Counted from the first letter of the stretch, positions 49,200 through 58,653 are shown. The stretch: DNA of 64,000 nt from Planctomycetia bacterium (GCA_021414115.1 JAIOPD010000004.1:4982-68981); one strand, 5' to 3'. Notes: a model not told the origin generated them from the letters alone. A program made the numbers and translations.

Positions 49200-49430
49200 C
49201 GGGGCTGCCCGTGCCCCGACAGCCGGACGTTCGCGTCGGGCATCCTGCCCGCCGCTCACTGCATGTCCGCTGCGCTTCGGCATCCTGCCTTCGCTTGCTC
49301 CCATAGCCCGGCTCTCGGGGTACGGGCAGCCCCTCACACGAACAAAAGGCCTACGGGTCGCCTTTCGAGAGCGCTGCAGTGACTGGCACGCGCCGCCGCC
49401 GATCGGGAAGCCCCAAGCGCGAGCGCGGGG
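49200..49430. repeat. Repeat cluster A>..<A plus a single B2
   Basis: A at 49200-49226, inverted A at 49308-49333, B2 at 49405-49430. Internal GGCATCCTGCC twice. Between convergent nadA and the aminotransferase. Confidence 0.85.
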
Positions 49431-49554
49431 TATACGGGTCGCTTTGAGGGAGCGCTGGATTGGTAACACGCAGGGTTCAACGCTGCGCAGTTAAGGCACG
49501 AACTCAGCTCCTCGCCGCGCACGAGTGCAGCCCGCGGCGATCTTCACGGGGGCG

Positions 49555-50793
49555 TCAGCCGGCTTGGGCGTATTCGTCGAGGAGCGACTCGATGCGGGCG
49601 AAGACGTCGGCCATCTGGTCGGCGTCGGGCAGGAGGGTGACCCGGAAGTGGTCGCGGTAGGGAACGTTGAAGCTCGACCCCGGCGCGACGAGGACATGCT
49701 TCCGCTCGAGGAGGTCGAGGGCGAACTGCTGGTCGTCGAAGCCCGCGAGGCCGCCGGGCAGCCGCTCCGCGTGCACGCGGATGAACGCGTACATGGCCCC
49801 CTGCGGAGCCACGGCCGAGAGCCAGCGGCTGCCGGCCACAGCGCCGAGCATGGCGGCACGGGTGGCGTGGAGCCGGCCGCCGGGACGCGTCAGATCGAAG
49901 ATCGACTGGTGGCCGCCAAGCGCCGTCTGCACGGCGAACTGGCCCGGCACATTCGAGCACAGCCGCAGCGATGCGAGCAGTTCGACCGCCTGGATGTAGT
50001 CGCGGGCATGCTCCCGTTCACCGGAGAAGATCAGCCAGCCGACCCGGAGGCCGCAGGCCCGGTAGACCTTGCTGAGGCCGGCGAAGGTGAGGCACAGCGC
50101 CCGCTTGGCGAGCGTGGCGGTGGGCACGAACTCGGCGCCGTCGTAGAGCATCTCGTCGTAGATCTCGTCGGCGCAGAGCACGAGATGGTGCCGCTCCGCG
50201 ATCCCGGCGAGGGCCTCGAGCACCTCGCGTGGATAGACGGCACCCGTGGGATTGTTGGGATTGATGATGACGAGGGCCCGAGTGCGGTCGGTGACGAGCG
50301 CCTCGATCTCGGCGGGGTCGGGCACGAAGCCGCGTTCGGGGCGGCAGGGATAATGCACCGCCTTCGCGCCGTGGATCACGACCGAGGCCGTCCAGAGCGG
50401 GTAATCGGGGCTCGGTACGAGCACCTCGTCCCCCGGGTTCAAGAGTGCCCGCATCGCGAGCATGATGAGCTCCGACACGCCGTTGCCGATGAAGACGTCG
50501 TCGGCCGTGATGTCCATCACGCCGCGGTTCTGCTGCTGCATCACCACGGCCTCGCGGGCCGGGAAGATGCCCTTCTGGTGCGAATAAGGATCGGCCTGGT
50601 GGAGGTTTTCCACGACGGCCACCCGCATCGACCCGGGCATCCGAAACCCGAAGGCCCCCGGATTGCCGATGTTGAGCTTCACGATCTCGTGCCCCTCGCG
50701 CTCCAGTTGCTCGGCGCGGCGGGCAAGAGCGCCACGAATCTCGTAGCGGACCTCGTGGAGGTGTTCGGAGGCACGAAGCGGTTTCAGGCTCAT
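49555..50793 (-). CDS. alaA: PLP-dependent class I aminotransferase, AlaA/YfbQ type
   Basis: Motifs VRYEIRG, KLNIGNP, GNGVSELI, PDYPLWTA, INPNNPTGAVY, DEIYD, GLSKVYR. Confidence 0.88.
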   Translation of the reverse strand: MSLKPLRASEHLHEVRYEIRGALARRAEQLEREGHEIVKLNIGNPGAFGFRMPGSMRVAVVENLHQADPYSHQKGIFPAREAVVMQQQNRGVMDITADDVFIGNGVSELIMLAMRALLNPGDEVLVPSPDYPLWTASVVIHGAKAVHYPCRPERGFVPDPAEIEALVTDRTRALVIINPNNPTGAVYPREVLEALAGIAERHHLVLCADEIYDEMLYDGAEFVPTATLAKRALCLTFAGLSKVYRACGLRVGWLIFSGEREHARDYIQAVELLASLRLCSNVPGQFAVQTALGGHQSIFDLTRPGGRLHATRAAMLGAVAGSRWLSAVAPQGAMYAFIRVHAERLPGGLAGFDDQQFALDLLERKHVLVAPGSSFNVPYRDHFRVTLLPDADQMADVFARIESLLDEYAQAG

Positions 50794-50840
50794 GGGGTCG
50801 GGTTCCGGAGGAAGCATTGATCCTACCTCGGCCGCGGCCG

Positions 50841-53800
50841 TCAGTCGGCGAGCGCGGCGGCGAGCGATTCCCAGGGCATGGGCACCCAGGCCACGCACTC
50901 GGGCAGAGCCGTCGGCACGCGGGCCGCGCCGGCGGTTCGAGCCGGCGAGGCGTTGGCCCGGTCGATCGCGCGGTCCACGGCCGTGCCCAGTCGCTCGAGC
51001 CACTCGGGCACCTCGACGCCCGACCCGCTGGCCAGGCCGATGAACGACGTCGCCTTCGCCTCGAGCGCCGCCCCCGCCGCGGTCGATTGACCGGCGATGA
51101 GTTCGGCCACGGCGGGCTCGACCAATGCCTCGAGCTCGTCCTGCTCGAGCATCGCCGTGAACGGCCGCCGGACCCGGTCGCCGATACTGGCCAGCCGCAC
51201 GCTCCAGTGACCCTCGAGCTGGTCGAGCCTCCGCACGAGCCCCGCCGCGGTGTCACGGGTCTCGTCGCGGAGCCGTTCCCGCCAGGACTCCGCGGCCGCG
51301 GCCACGCCGCGGCCCGCGAGCACCCGATGGGCCATGTTGACCGGCCGCAGTGTCCAGGAGATGCGGTCGTGTTCGGCCTTCACCCGCAGGTAGTCGAGCA
51401 GGATGTAGAGGCATTCGCCCCGGTCGGACTGCGTGGTGGTCGAGTTCCAGTCACGATACTCGGCGTGATTCTCCGCGATGCTTTCCAGCACCAGCCGCAG
51501 GCGGGCCGCTGCCTGCTTCATCGGCAGCGCTCCCGAGGCGAGGTCCTCGATGAGCCGGGCGGGATGGCGACTGGCCGGTACGTCGGGCTCCCCGGCCTCC
51601 GCGGCCCGATCGAGCAGGTGTTCGAGCCAGTTCCGCACGCCGCCGCGCAGGATGCCGCGAAGCGAGGACGGCGCCAGGAGGTGCTGCGTGAACAGCCCCG
51701 AGCCATACCGCTCGACGAACTCGCGGGTGACGGCGAAGGCCTTGTCATCGCGGACGCGTTCGAGAACCGAGAGCCGCAGCTGTCGGGCATGCGTCATCCA
51801 GGTCTCGAGCAGTTTGGGGACGAGCAGCGACAGGCCGTCGAGGATTCGCGCCGTCTGCGTGGCGGCGTCAGCGTCGCCGTCGCGACTGCTCTCCACGATC
51901 CGTTCGACGAGCGCGGTCGTGCCCGCCTCGAAGACGCGGTCGAACTCGCTGACGCTCGCCCCGCCTGGAGGCCGGGTGCTCTCGAGCGCCTTGGCCAGTT
52001 GCACGACCATGATCGCCTGTCGGACGAGGCCCAGGCGGGGCAGGGACGCCGCCATCCGCTCGAGCAGCCGTTCGCGAGTCCGCGCCCGGACGATGCGGTC
52101 GGGGCGGCCGCCGCGGGACAAGGGGACGTAGAGCACGGGCTTGCCGACGAGACGTTCGCAGACGGCCTGGCTGCGATCAGCGGCCTCGATCGCATCACCA
52201 CGGATGAGCGCCGCGATCAGCCCGCCGACGGAGGCCTGCGAGGCCGGGCCGCTTGCCGACGGAGCGAGCCGCAGCCGGGCCGACAGCATCCAGAGCGTTT
52301 CGCCCGCCTGCACGGCGGCTTCGATCAGCCGTTCTGCCGCCGCGTCGCGCTGCCAGCGGAGCCGGTCAAACTCGGTCGGCGACATGCCGGGGGGCGGCTC
52401 CTGGTCGCGGGCGGCGACGAGCGTGGCCGCGCGGATCATCGTCCGCCGCAGCCGCCGCAGCGTGTGCCGCCAGCCGATGACGGAATCGAGTTCCTCGCGG
52501 GCCGGCTCCGCCCCGTCTGCTGCGTCAATGGCGCACCAGGCCGTAACCGCCTCACGAAACAGGCGAAAGACTCCTCTGAGGAACTCAGCGGCATCTTCCA
52601 CGGCCGCCAGGCTGCCGACCGACACCCCGCCGCCGTCGAGGTCGATCATGCCACCGTCCACGCCGTCGTCCGCGGAGTCGCGCCAGACCATCGACTCGTA
52701 GGCGGCGGCGACCCGCTCCTCGGCATCGGGCTGGTCCTCGTCGTCAGCCTCGCGCCGGCTCGGATCGTCTCCCGGCTCGCGGCCCACGGCCGCCGCCTCG
52801 ACGATATCGACGACGTCTCCGGTGTTGGCCTCGACGAGCTCGAGAAAGCGGCGCACCCGCGAACGTCCCTGAGGTGAACGGTCGAGGCACGCCTGGGCGA
52901 TCCACCGGCTCGCGGCCGCGAGCCAGACCGGGCCGCTCCGCTCGACGGCAGGGCCTTCGAGCAGCGACGCCCAGTGCACGAGCAGCCCCGCCGCGCCGTC
53001 GAGGTCGCCTTCGTCGAGCAGGGCGTCGGCCGCCTGTGCGTGGGTTTTGGGCGAGGAGAAGCCGGCCACTTCATGCCGCCAGAATCCTGACGGCGGCGGC
53101 TCCGACGCATGTTCGCGCCGGCGGGAGAGCGACTCGATCACCTCGCGGGCCGAGTCGAGGCACTCGCGACCCGAAAGATGCGGCACGCCCGAGACGGTGG
53201 TCGTGGCATAGCGGTCCCACCAGGTCGCGAGCTTGTCGATCGATGCCGCGGCGCGGGCGGCGGCGGGACTTGCCGTCGGAATACTGGCGTGCCGCCAGGC
53301 TGCGGCGTAGCCGTCGAGGATCGAGCCGGTGGCCATCACGAGGTCGTCTACCCGTGGATCGGGCAGGCTCTCACCCCCCGGCTCGTGCAGCGGGAACTGA
53401 CCGGAGAGGCCGAGAATATTCCAGGGATCGACCGCGGCGCCGCAGCCGACGGCGCGGAACAGCAGGTCGGTCGCGATATCGAGCTGATCGAGCGCCGCGG
53501 CGGCGTCGGCTCCACGCCACAGCTCCTGCTGCGCCGCCACGACATGGCTCGTGATCCGCGCGAACATCCGTGCGGAAGCGGCCGGCACGGCGGTCGCGAG
53601 CCGCTCGGCGACCTCCGCGCGGCCAAGCCGGGCGAGCACGACCGCGAGGGCCACGTTCTCGACCTGCCGGCCGCGACGGCCCGCAAGCATCGCGTTGATG
53701 TGCCGTCGCACGCCCCCGAACGGCTGCCGCACCCGATGGGCCTCCTCCTCGAGACGTTGGCGGTGGGCGGCCGGAAGGGTCGTCAGCAGCCGCCGGTAGA

Positions 53801-54818
53801 ATTCGTCGCGATAGGAGGCGATCCGCGGGAGGAGTTCGGCGAGTGGGAGCCCTGCCTGGATCGCGCCGGGGCCGTGGCCCGAGAGGCCGCTGGCCATCAG
53901 CATCACGCCGGCCAGCACCGCGGACGATTCCCAGCGGAGTTCGGCGGCGGTCGCCGCGGTCCGGTCTGGAATCTGCGCCGCGTCGGGCCATGACAGGATT
54001 CCGTCGAGCGTCGCCTGCTGGACGACCATTCGCCGATACAAGCCGCGTTCGTCGATCCGCGACGGATCCCAAAGACCGAAGAGATAGTTGGGCCTACTCG
54101 ACGCGGGGTGCAGGAAGTCGAAGGCCCGCGGATCGATCGCGAGCTCCTCCAACGCGTCGAGGTCGAAGTCGGCCTGACGGAGGAGCTCGACGGGCACTTC
54201 GCCCAGGATGCCGATCGCCCCGTTCACGAGCTGGCGATACCTGCCGTGCGCCGCTCCCGCGCCGGCGACGTAGAGGGGGATCGGCCGCACTCGCTCGTGC
54301 GGATAGGGTTCCGAGAGGCGGCCGTTCTCGAGCACGGCGAGCGGACGCCAGCCGACGTAATCGTCGAGACGGTCGATCGCCCGTGCCACGACGGCGTCAC
54401 GGTCGTCCTCGGGACCTCCCTCGGCGAGCAGCCCGCGCATCGCGGCCATGATGAAGAACGGCCGCTCGAGCGCCCCCGGCGGCTGGTGCTCGAGGAGATC
54501 TGCGTGGTATCGCCGATAGGCGGGCAGCAGCCCGTCGAACACGCCGTCGATCGCCCACCGCGCCTGGACGGCGTCGCGGAAAGCCGGTTCCGTAGCCTCG
54601 AGGCCCTGCAGTCTGGCCCGCAGCGCGGTCGCGACCTCGGTCGCGGTGTCGGCTCCTTCGGCGACCGAGCCGTCGGGGGAGGCTGGCTCGATCCCCGCGT
54701 AGAGGTCGTTGATGCCGCGCCACGCCGCCGCATCGAAGGCGCCCGACGAGAAGTTGAGATACCCGAGCACGATCGCCGCGGCATCCCTGGAACCCGGCGT
54801 CTTCACGGCATGCAGCAT
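50841..54818 (-). CDS. Large hypothetical protein (1325 aa), no recognised domain
   Basis: Long ORF filling the gap, with non-random motifs (LGYLNFSSG, DPRAFDFLHP..RPNYLFGLWDP, VDPWNILG, EYRDWNSTTTQSDRGE). Confidence 0.85.
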   Translation of the reverse strand: MLHAVKTPGSRDAAAIVLGYLNFSSGAFDAAAWRGINDLYAGIEPASPDGSVAEGADTATEVATALRARLQGLEATEPAFRDAVQARWAIDGVFDGLLPAYRRYHADLLEHQPPGALERPFFIMAAMRGLLAEGGPEDDRDAVVARAIDRLDDYVGWRPLAVLENGRLSEPYPHERVRPIPLYVAGAGAAHGRYRQLVNGAIGILGEVPVELLRQADFDLDALEELAIDPRAFDFLHPASSRPNYLFGLWDPSRIDERGLYRRMVVQQATLDGILSWPDAAQIPDRTAATAAELRWESSAVLAGVMLMASGLSGHGPGAIQAGLPLAELLPRIASYRDEFYRRLLTTLPAAHRQRLEEEAHRVRQPFGGVRRHINAMLAGRRGRQVENVALAVVLARLGRAEVAERLATAVPAASARMFARITSHVVAAQQELWRGADAAAALDQLDIATDLLFRAVGCGAAVDPWNILGLSGQFPLHEPGGESLPDPRVDDLVMATGSILDGYAAAWRHASIPTASPAAARAAASIDKLATWWDRYATTTVSGVPHLSGRECLDSAREVIESLSRRREHASEPPPSGFWRHEVAGFSSPKTHAQAADALLDEGDLDGAAGLLVHWASLLEGPAVERSGPVWLAAASRWIAQACLDRSPQGRSRVRRFLELVEANTGDVVDIVEAAAVGREPGDDPSRREADDEDQPDAEERVAAAYESMVWRDSADDGVDGGMIDLDGGGVSVGSLAAVEDAAEFLRGVFRLFREAVTAWCAIDAADGAEPAREELDSVIGWRHTLRRLRRTMIRAATLVAARDQEPPPGMSPTEFDRLRWQRDAAAERLIEAAVQAGETLWMLSARLRLAPSASGPASQASVGGLIAALIRGDAIEAADRSQAVCERLVGKPVLYVPLSRGGRPDRIVRARTRERLLERMAASLPRLGLVRQAIMVVQLAKALESTRPPGGASVSEFDRVFEAGTTALVERIVESSRDGDADAATQTARILDGLSLLVPKLLETWMTHARQLRLSVLERVRDDKAFAVTREFVERYGSGLFTQHLLAPSSLRGILRGGVRNWLEHLLDRAAEAGEPDVPASRHPARLIEDLASGALPMKQAAARLRLVLESIAENHAEYRDWNSTTTQSDRGECLYILLDYLRVKAEHDRISWTLRPVNMAHRVLAGRGVAAAAESWRERLRDETRDTAAGLVRRLDQLEGHWSVRLASIGDRVRRPFTAMLEQDELEALVEPAVAELIAGQSTAAGAALEAKATSFIGLASGSGVEVPEWLERLGTAVDRAIDRANASPARTAGAARVPTALPECVAWVPMPWESLAAALAD

Positions 54819-54966
54819 CGAAGGAGGGTTCGCGGGAGGGAGAGCGCAGCGGAAAAATCAGGACAACCGATGAAATCCTATCATTTTTGCCCCCTCGCGA
54901 GCACGAACTATCCTTGGCCTGACGTCGGGCCATGGGCCTGCGCGAACCGTCAGGATATCGGCTCTC

Positions 54967-56313
54967 ATGCATCGCATCATTTCTCCACTCGCCGGGTCCG
55001 TGCTGCTTTCGACGGTCGTGTGGATCGCCGGCGGGCTTTCGGCCATGGCGCAGTCGCTCCTCTGCGGTACGGCCGGCGATGAGCTCGTCGCGGCCCGGGC
55101 GGGCCTGACCCGCGAGTGGGTCGTGCAGATTCCGTTCGACTCGGCCGGCTGGCGGCTCGAGCACGTGTCGATCGGCGACGATCTCGTCGTCGCCTGTTCC
55201 GGCGACGGTGGCGTGCACGCCGTCCAGGCGTCGCCTGCGCGAACCGGCTCGCCCCGCGCGGGAAGCGTGCTCTGGTCGCAACGCGTGGGCACGCCCGGCG
55301 GACCGGTGGCGGCTGCGGGCATTGGCCCCAAGGTTGTGACGGTGGCGCGGGATCTCGATCTCTATGCCTTCGACAGTGCCGATGGCAGTCGCATGTGGCA
55401 CCGCTCCTTCGGCCGTCCGCCGTCCGCATCTGCCGTCTCGTCGGACGAATGGGTGTATGCTCCGTTGACGGCCAACGGTGTGATGCGACTGCCCGTGAAT
55501 CCCACCGCGCAGCCTCGGCTGCAGGACACCGCGAAGAAAGACGCCGCGGCTTCCCAGGATCGACCCGCCAAGCAGCCCAGCGAGAAGGTCGCCGGGACGT
55601 CCACCGATCCTCTGCTGCCGATCTCACTCGATGCGGGCGGCCGCGTGGAGTCAGGGCCGATTGCCTACAAGGATGGCGTGGTGTGGTGCACCGAGAGCGG
55701 GCTGCTCGTCGGCATCGTCCCATTCAGCCTCGGATGGAAACGGCTCGAGTTTGATCTCCGCTCGGGGCTGACCGGCCCGCCGGCGATTCGCGACGCTGCG
55801 CTCTTCGTGGCCACCGAGGAGGGCGACCTCGCCCGCATCGACGACACGGGCCAGGAAGACGCGCCTGATTTCGCCGCCGTGTGGCACGTCGTGCTCGTCG
55901 CTCGTCCGCAGGGCAGCCCGCTCGTCTCCGGCCAGACCGTCGTCGTCTCGCTGGGTGACGCGGGCATTCACGCCTTTTCGGCCACCACCGGCGACGAACT
56001 CTGGAGGAGTTGTGTGGTGGGGCGGCTCGTGGCCACGACGGGCAATCGCGTGTGGTGCGTCGACGAGGTTGGCCGGCTGGCGAGCCTCGACCTGGCCACC
56101 GGCATGCCGAGCGAATGGATGTGCCTCGGCAGCTTCACGCTGCCGCTCACCAACACCGTCACGGAGCGGCTGGTGCTTGCCTCGCCCGACGGCCTCATCG
56201 TCTCGCTCGCGCCGCGGCGCACGACGTCGAAGCTGCCGCCTCCGCCACCCAAGGACGAGAAGCAGCCGCCGGCCGCCGCTGAGCCCGTCGCCGAGGAGCG
56301 GACGGAGACCTAG
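54967..56313 (+). CDS. Secreted PQQ-like beta-propeller protein (BamB-like)
   Basis: Signal peptide and repeated YAFD...G...W / HAFS..TG..LW / LDL.TG blades. Confidence 0.75.
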   Translation: MHRIISPLAGSVLLSTVVWIAGGLSAMAQSLLCGTAGDELVAARAGLTREWVVQIPFDSAGWRLEHVSIGDDLVVACSGDGGVHAVQASPARTGSPRAGSVLWSQRVGTPGGPVAAAGIGPKVVTVARDLDLYAFDSADGSRMWHRSFGRPPSASAVSSDEWVYAPLTANGVMRLPVNPTAQPRLQDTAKKDAAASQDRPAKQPSEKVAGTSTDPLLPISLDAGGRVESGPIAYKDGVVWCTESGLLVGIVPFSLGWKRLEFDLRSGLTGPPAIRDAALFVATEEGDLARIDDTGQEDAPDFAAVWHVVLVARPQGSPLVSGQTVVVSLGDAGIHAFSATTGDELWRSCVVGRLVATTGNRVWCVDEVGRLASLDLATGMPSEWMCLGSFTLPLTNTVTERLVLASPDGLIVSLAPRRTTSKLPPPPPKDEKQPPAAAEPVAEERTET

Positions 56314-56334
56314 ACCGCTTGCGACTTGGTGTCT

Positions 56335-56635
56335 CGCCTGACGGGGCCTGAGTGGTGGGTCGGGGCTGCCCGTGCCCCGCGAGCCGGACGTTCGCTGCGC
56401 CCATCCTGGGCTGCGCTCACTCGATGCTGCCTGCGCTTCGGCATCCTGCCTGCGCTGGCCAGCAACGCCGGCTCTCGGGGCACGGGCAGCCCCTCGCGGG
56501 TACTCGATGGTGCCGGTTGCTGGGGAAGCCCGGAGCGCGAGCGACGGGAAGACGCGTGGCGACCGTGTTGATGGCGGGGAGCCGTCCGACGTGGTGGACG
56601 TTTTCCCCGCGCTGGCGCTTGGGGCTTCCTGAAGG
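56335..56635. mobile_element. Composite non-autonomous repeat element (A>..<A + B1>..<B2), copy 2
   Basis: A at 56361-56387, inverted A at 56468-56493, B1 at 56523-56548, inverted B2 at 56605-56629. Colinear with 42885-43242 including linkers. Confidence 0.7.
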
Positions 56636-56658
56636 CGAGCGCCAACGTCGAAGGAGCG

Positions 56659-57453
56659 CTAGCGGGTGGGGCTGATCGGCACGCGGGATTTCGGGTCCTG
56701 ACGCCAGACGACTCCGAGCAGGTCGTAGAGCGTGCGGTCGTGCCGCACGAGCCGGTGCGGGTCCTGGAAGAAACACTCGCTCGCCACCGCGAAGAACTCC
56801 GCGTCGCTCTCGGCCGCGTATTCGTCGAAGGCCGTCGAGCGGCCGTCGTCGAGCGCCTCCTCGAAGCGGGTTCGGCAGGCCGCCATGCCCGTGATCCAGG
56901 TCTGACGGTCGCCGGCAGGCAGCGGCGGGATGCCGTCGATGTCGCCGTCGAGTGCGTCGACGAGATGCGCGCACTCGTGGATCACCACGCTGCGCGGACC
57001 GTCACGAAGCCGGCCTCCGTCGAGCACGCCCGGCCACGAGAGCACCATGCTCCCCCCCGACCACGTCTCCCCGACCCTGGCCTCTCGCCACTCGAGTTCC
57101 CCGCCGCCCTCGAGCGGCGTCGATCGCGGCACGACGTAGTCGCCCGGATAGACGAGCACCGACTTGAGCGCGTCGAACCACTCGCCTTCGAGCCCCAGCG
57201 CAACCAGGCCCGCCTGGCCCGCGATCGTGACGCGGATTTCATCGGTGATCTCGAGGCCGCCGCAGCCCTCGAAGCGTTTCTCGGCGACGAATACCGCGAT
57301 CCATTGGCGGAGCCGATCGACTTCCGCCTCGTCGAGCCACTGCGCCTGCTTGACGCCGCGGCGGAGGACGTCGTGCCAGGCTCCGGGAAACGGCTGCTCG
57401 GCGATCGCACGACGGCGGCGGGCCCGCATCCACGAAAGCAGCATGGCATGCAC
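56659..57453 (-). CDS. Zinc-dependent peptidase, M90/MtfA family
   Basis: Motifs FVAEKRFEGCGGLEIT, SVLVYP, GETW..GSMVLSW, HECAH (HExxH), YAA...AEFFAVASECFF. Confidence 0.9.
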   Translation of the reverse strand: MHAMLLSWMRARRRRAIAEQPFPGAWHDVLRRGVKQAQWLDEAEVDRLRQWIAVFVAEKRFEGCGGLEITDEIRVTIAGQAGLVALGLEGEWFDALKSVLVYPGDYVVPRSTPLEGGGELEWREARVGETWSGGSMVLSWPGVLDGGRLRDGPRSVVIHECAHLVDALDGDIDGIPPLPAGDRQTWITGMAACRTRFEEALDDGRSTAFDEYAAESDAEFFAVASECFFQDPHRLVRHDRTLYDLLGVVWRQDPKSRVPISPTR

Positions 57454-57469
57454 ACCCGTGGCGGCGGGC

Positions 57470-57631
57470 CTACTGCGGCGGCACCGGGGAGATGGGCATC
57501 CGTCGCAGGAACAGATCCAGGGCCATGATCAGGCAGCCCACGGAGAGGGCGACGAACGAGAGCAGGAGCATCGCCGTATCGACGTTCATCGGGGATCGCC
57601 GCTGGGGCTGTTGCTGCGTGTCGTCGGCCAT
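57470..57631 (-). CDS. Small single-TM protein (53 aa)
   Basis: GGGAGG RBS, ATG at 57631, one hydrophobic helix. Fills the gap between co-oriented genes. Confidence 0.65.
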   Translation of the reverse strand: MADDTQQQPQRRSPMNVDTAMLLLSFVALSVGCLIMALDLFLRRMPISPVPPQ

Positions 57632-57660
57632 CGAAACCTCCCGTCGTTCCCGCGCCAAAC

Positions 57661-58521
57661 TCAGGCCTTGAGCCGCGTGGTCACCTTGTCACCGCGCTGC
57701 ACGATGCCGCGGGCGTAGGCCTTCACGAGTTCCGCCACCGAGTGGTCGGGCATCACGCTCTTCACGATGGCCCGGCCGATGTATTCACCACCGCGGTAGA
57801 CCTCGAGCGTGTGGCCCACCTGCAGCCCGTCGTCGCTGCCGAGCGACACCTGGATCGATCCGGAGGCCACCGCCATCACGTCGCCGTCGAGCGTGGGCAC
57901 GCGGTCTTTCGCCGCGCTGTCGAGCGTCAGGCCGTTCTGCTGGAGCAGGATCCGGGCATTGGCGACCTGCTTCTCGAGCTGGGCTTTTCGTTCCGCCGCA
58001 ATCGTGAGTTGGGCCTGCACCTCGGCCAGCGAGGCGGAGAGCTTGGCCGAGCGATCGACCTGCGAGTCAACCTTTGCCTGTTGCTCGCTCACCTGAGCGG
58101 TGAGTTTCTCCACCTCTTCGGCAACGAGTTTCAGCTGCTCGCGGGCGTCCTTGAGTTCGTCGAGCGCCTTTTGCTGCGCCGCCTCGCGATCGGCCTTGGC
58201 GGTCTTGAGCTGCGAGAGTTCCTCGTCTTTCTTGACGATGGCCGACTGCAACCTGGCAACGACCTGGTCTCGCGACTGTTCCGACTCCGCCACCTTCCGC
58301 TGGAGTTCGGTGATGTCCCGGTCGAGTTTTTCGCGTTCGGCCGTCGCCTGCTTGAGGCGGTAGTCGTAGCCGGGGAGTTGACCCGGCAGGCAGTCTTTGG
58401 GATCCCGGTAGACCTCGTCTTTCCAGTTGACGTGCGACATGTAGATGACGCCGGCAAACGTCATCAGCATGAGGCTCATGACGAACACCGCGAACACGAA
58501 GATCTTGCCGATGACGTTCAT
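57661..58521 (-). CDS. Membrane-anchored coiled-coil protein with C-terminal small beta domain
   Basis: N-terminal TM, long heptad E/K/Q-rich region, and C-terminal VSLGSDDGLQVG..LEVYR..GDKV (FlgT-C-like pattern). Confidence 0.8.
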   Translation of the reverse strand: MNVIGKIFVFAVFVMSLMLMTFAGVIYMSHVNWKDEVYRDPKDCLPGQLPGYDYRLKQATAEREKLDRDITELQRKVAESEQSRDQVVARLQSAIVKKDEELSQLKTAKADREAAQQKALDELKDAREQLKLVAEEVEKLTAQVSEQQAKVDSQVDRSAKLSASLAEVQAQLTIAAERKAQLEKQVANARILLQQNGLTLDSAAKDRVPTLDGDVMAVASGSIQVSLGSDDGLQVGHTLEVYRGGEYIGRAIVKSVMPDHSVAELVKAYARGIVQRGDKVTTRLKA

Positions 58522-58653
58522 GGAATCCCTCGCCGTGAGGCTGCACCGCCGGTGGTCGCGACGTCGCCCGAACTATTGTCGGCGGCGGCGACCGGACCGG
58601 GCAAGGCTCCCCGGGCCGGGCCACGACCTCCGGAAGGGTGATCGGCAGACGGA

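Noticed and set aside
56310-56675. Short ORFs over the repeat clusters (e.g. GCPCPASR, PRWRLGLP, PALALGAS peptides)
   Set aside because: They are translations of non-coding repeats in several frames, with no RBS or consistent start across copies.
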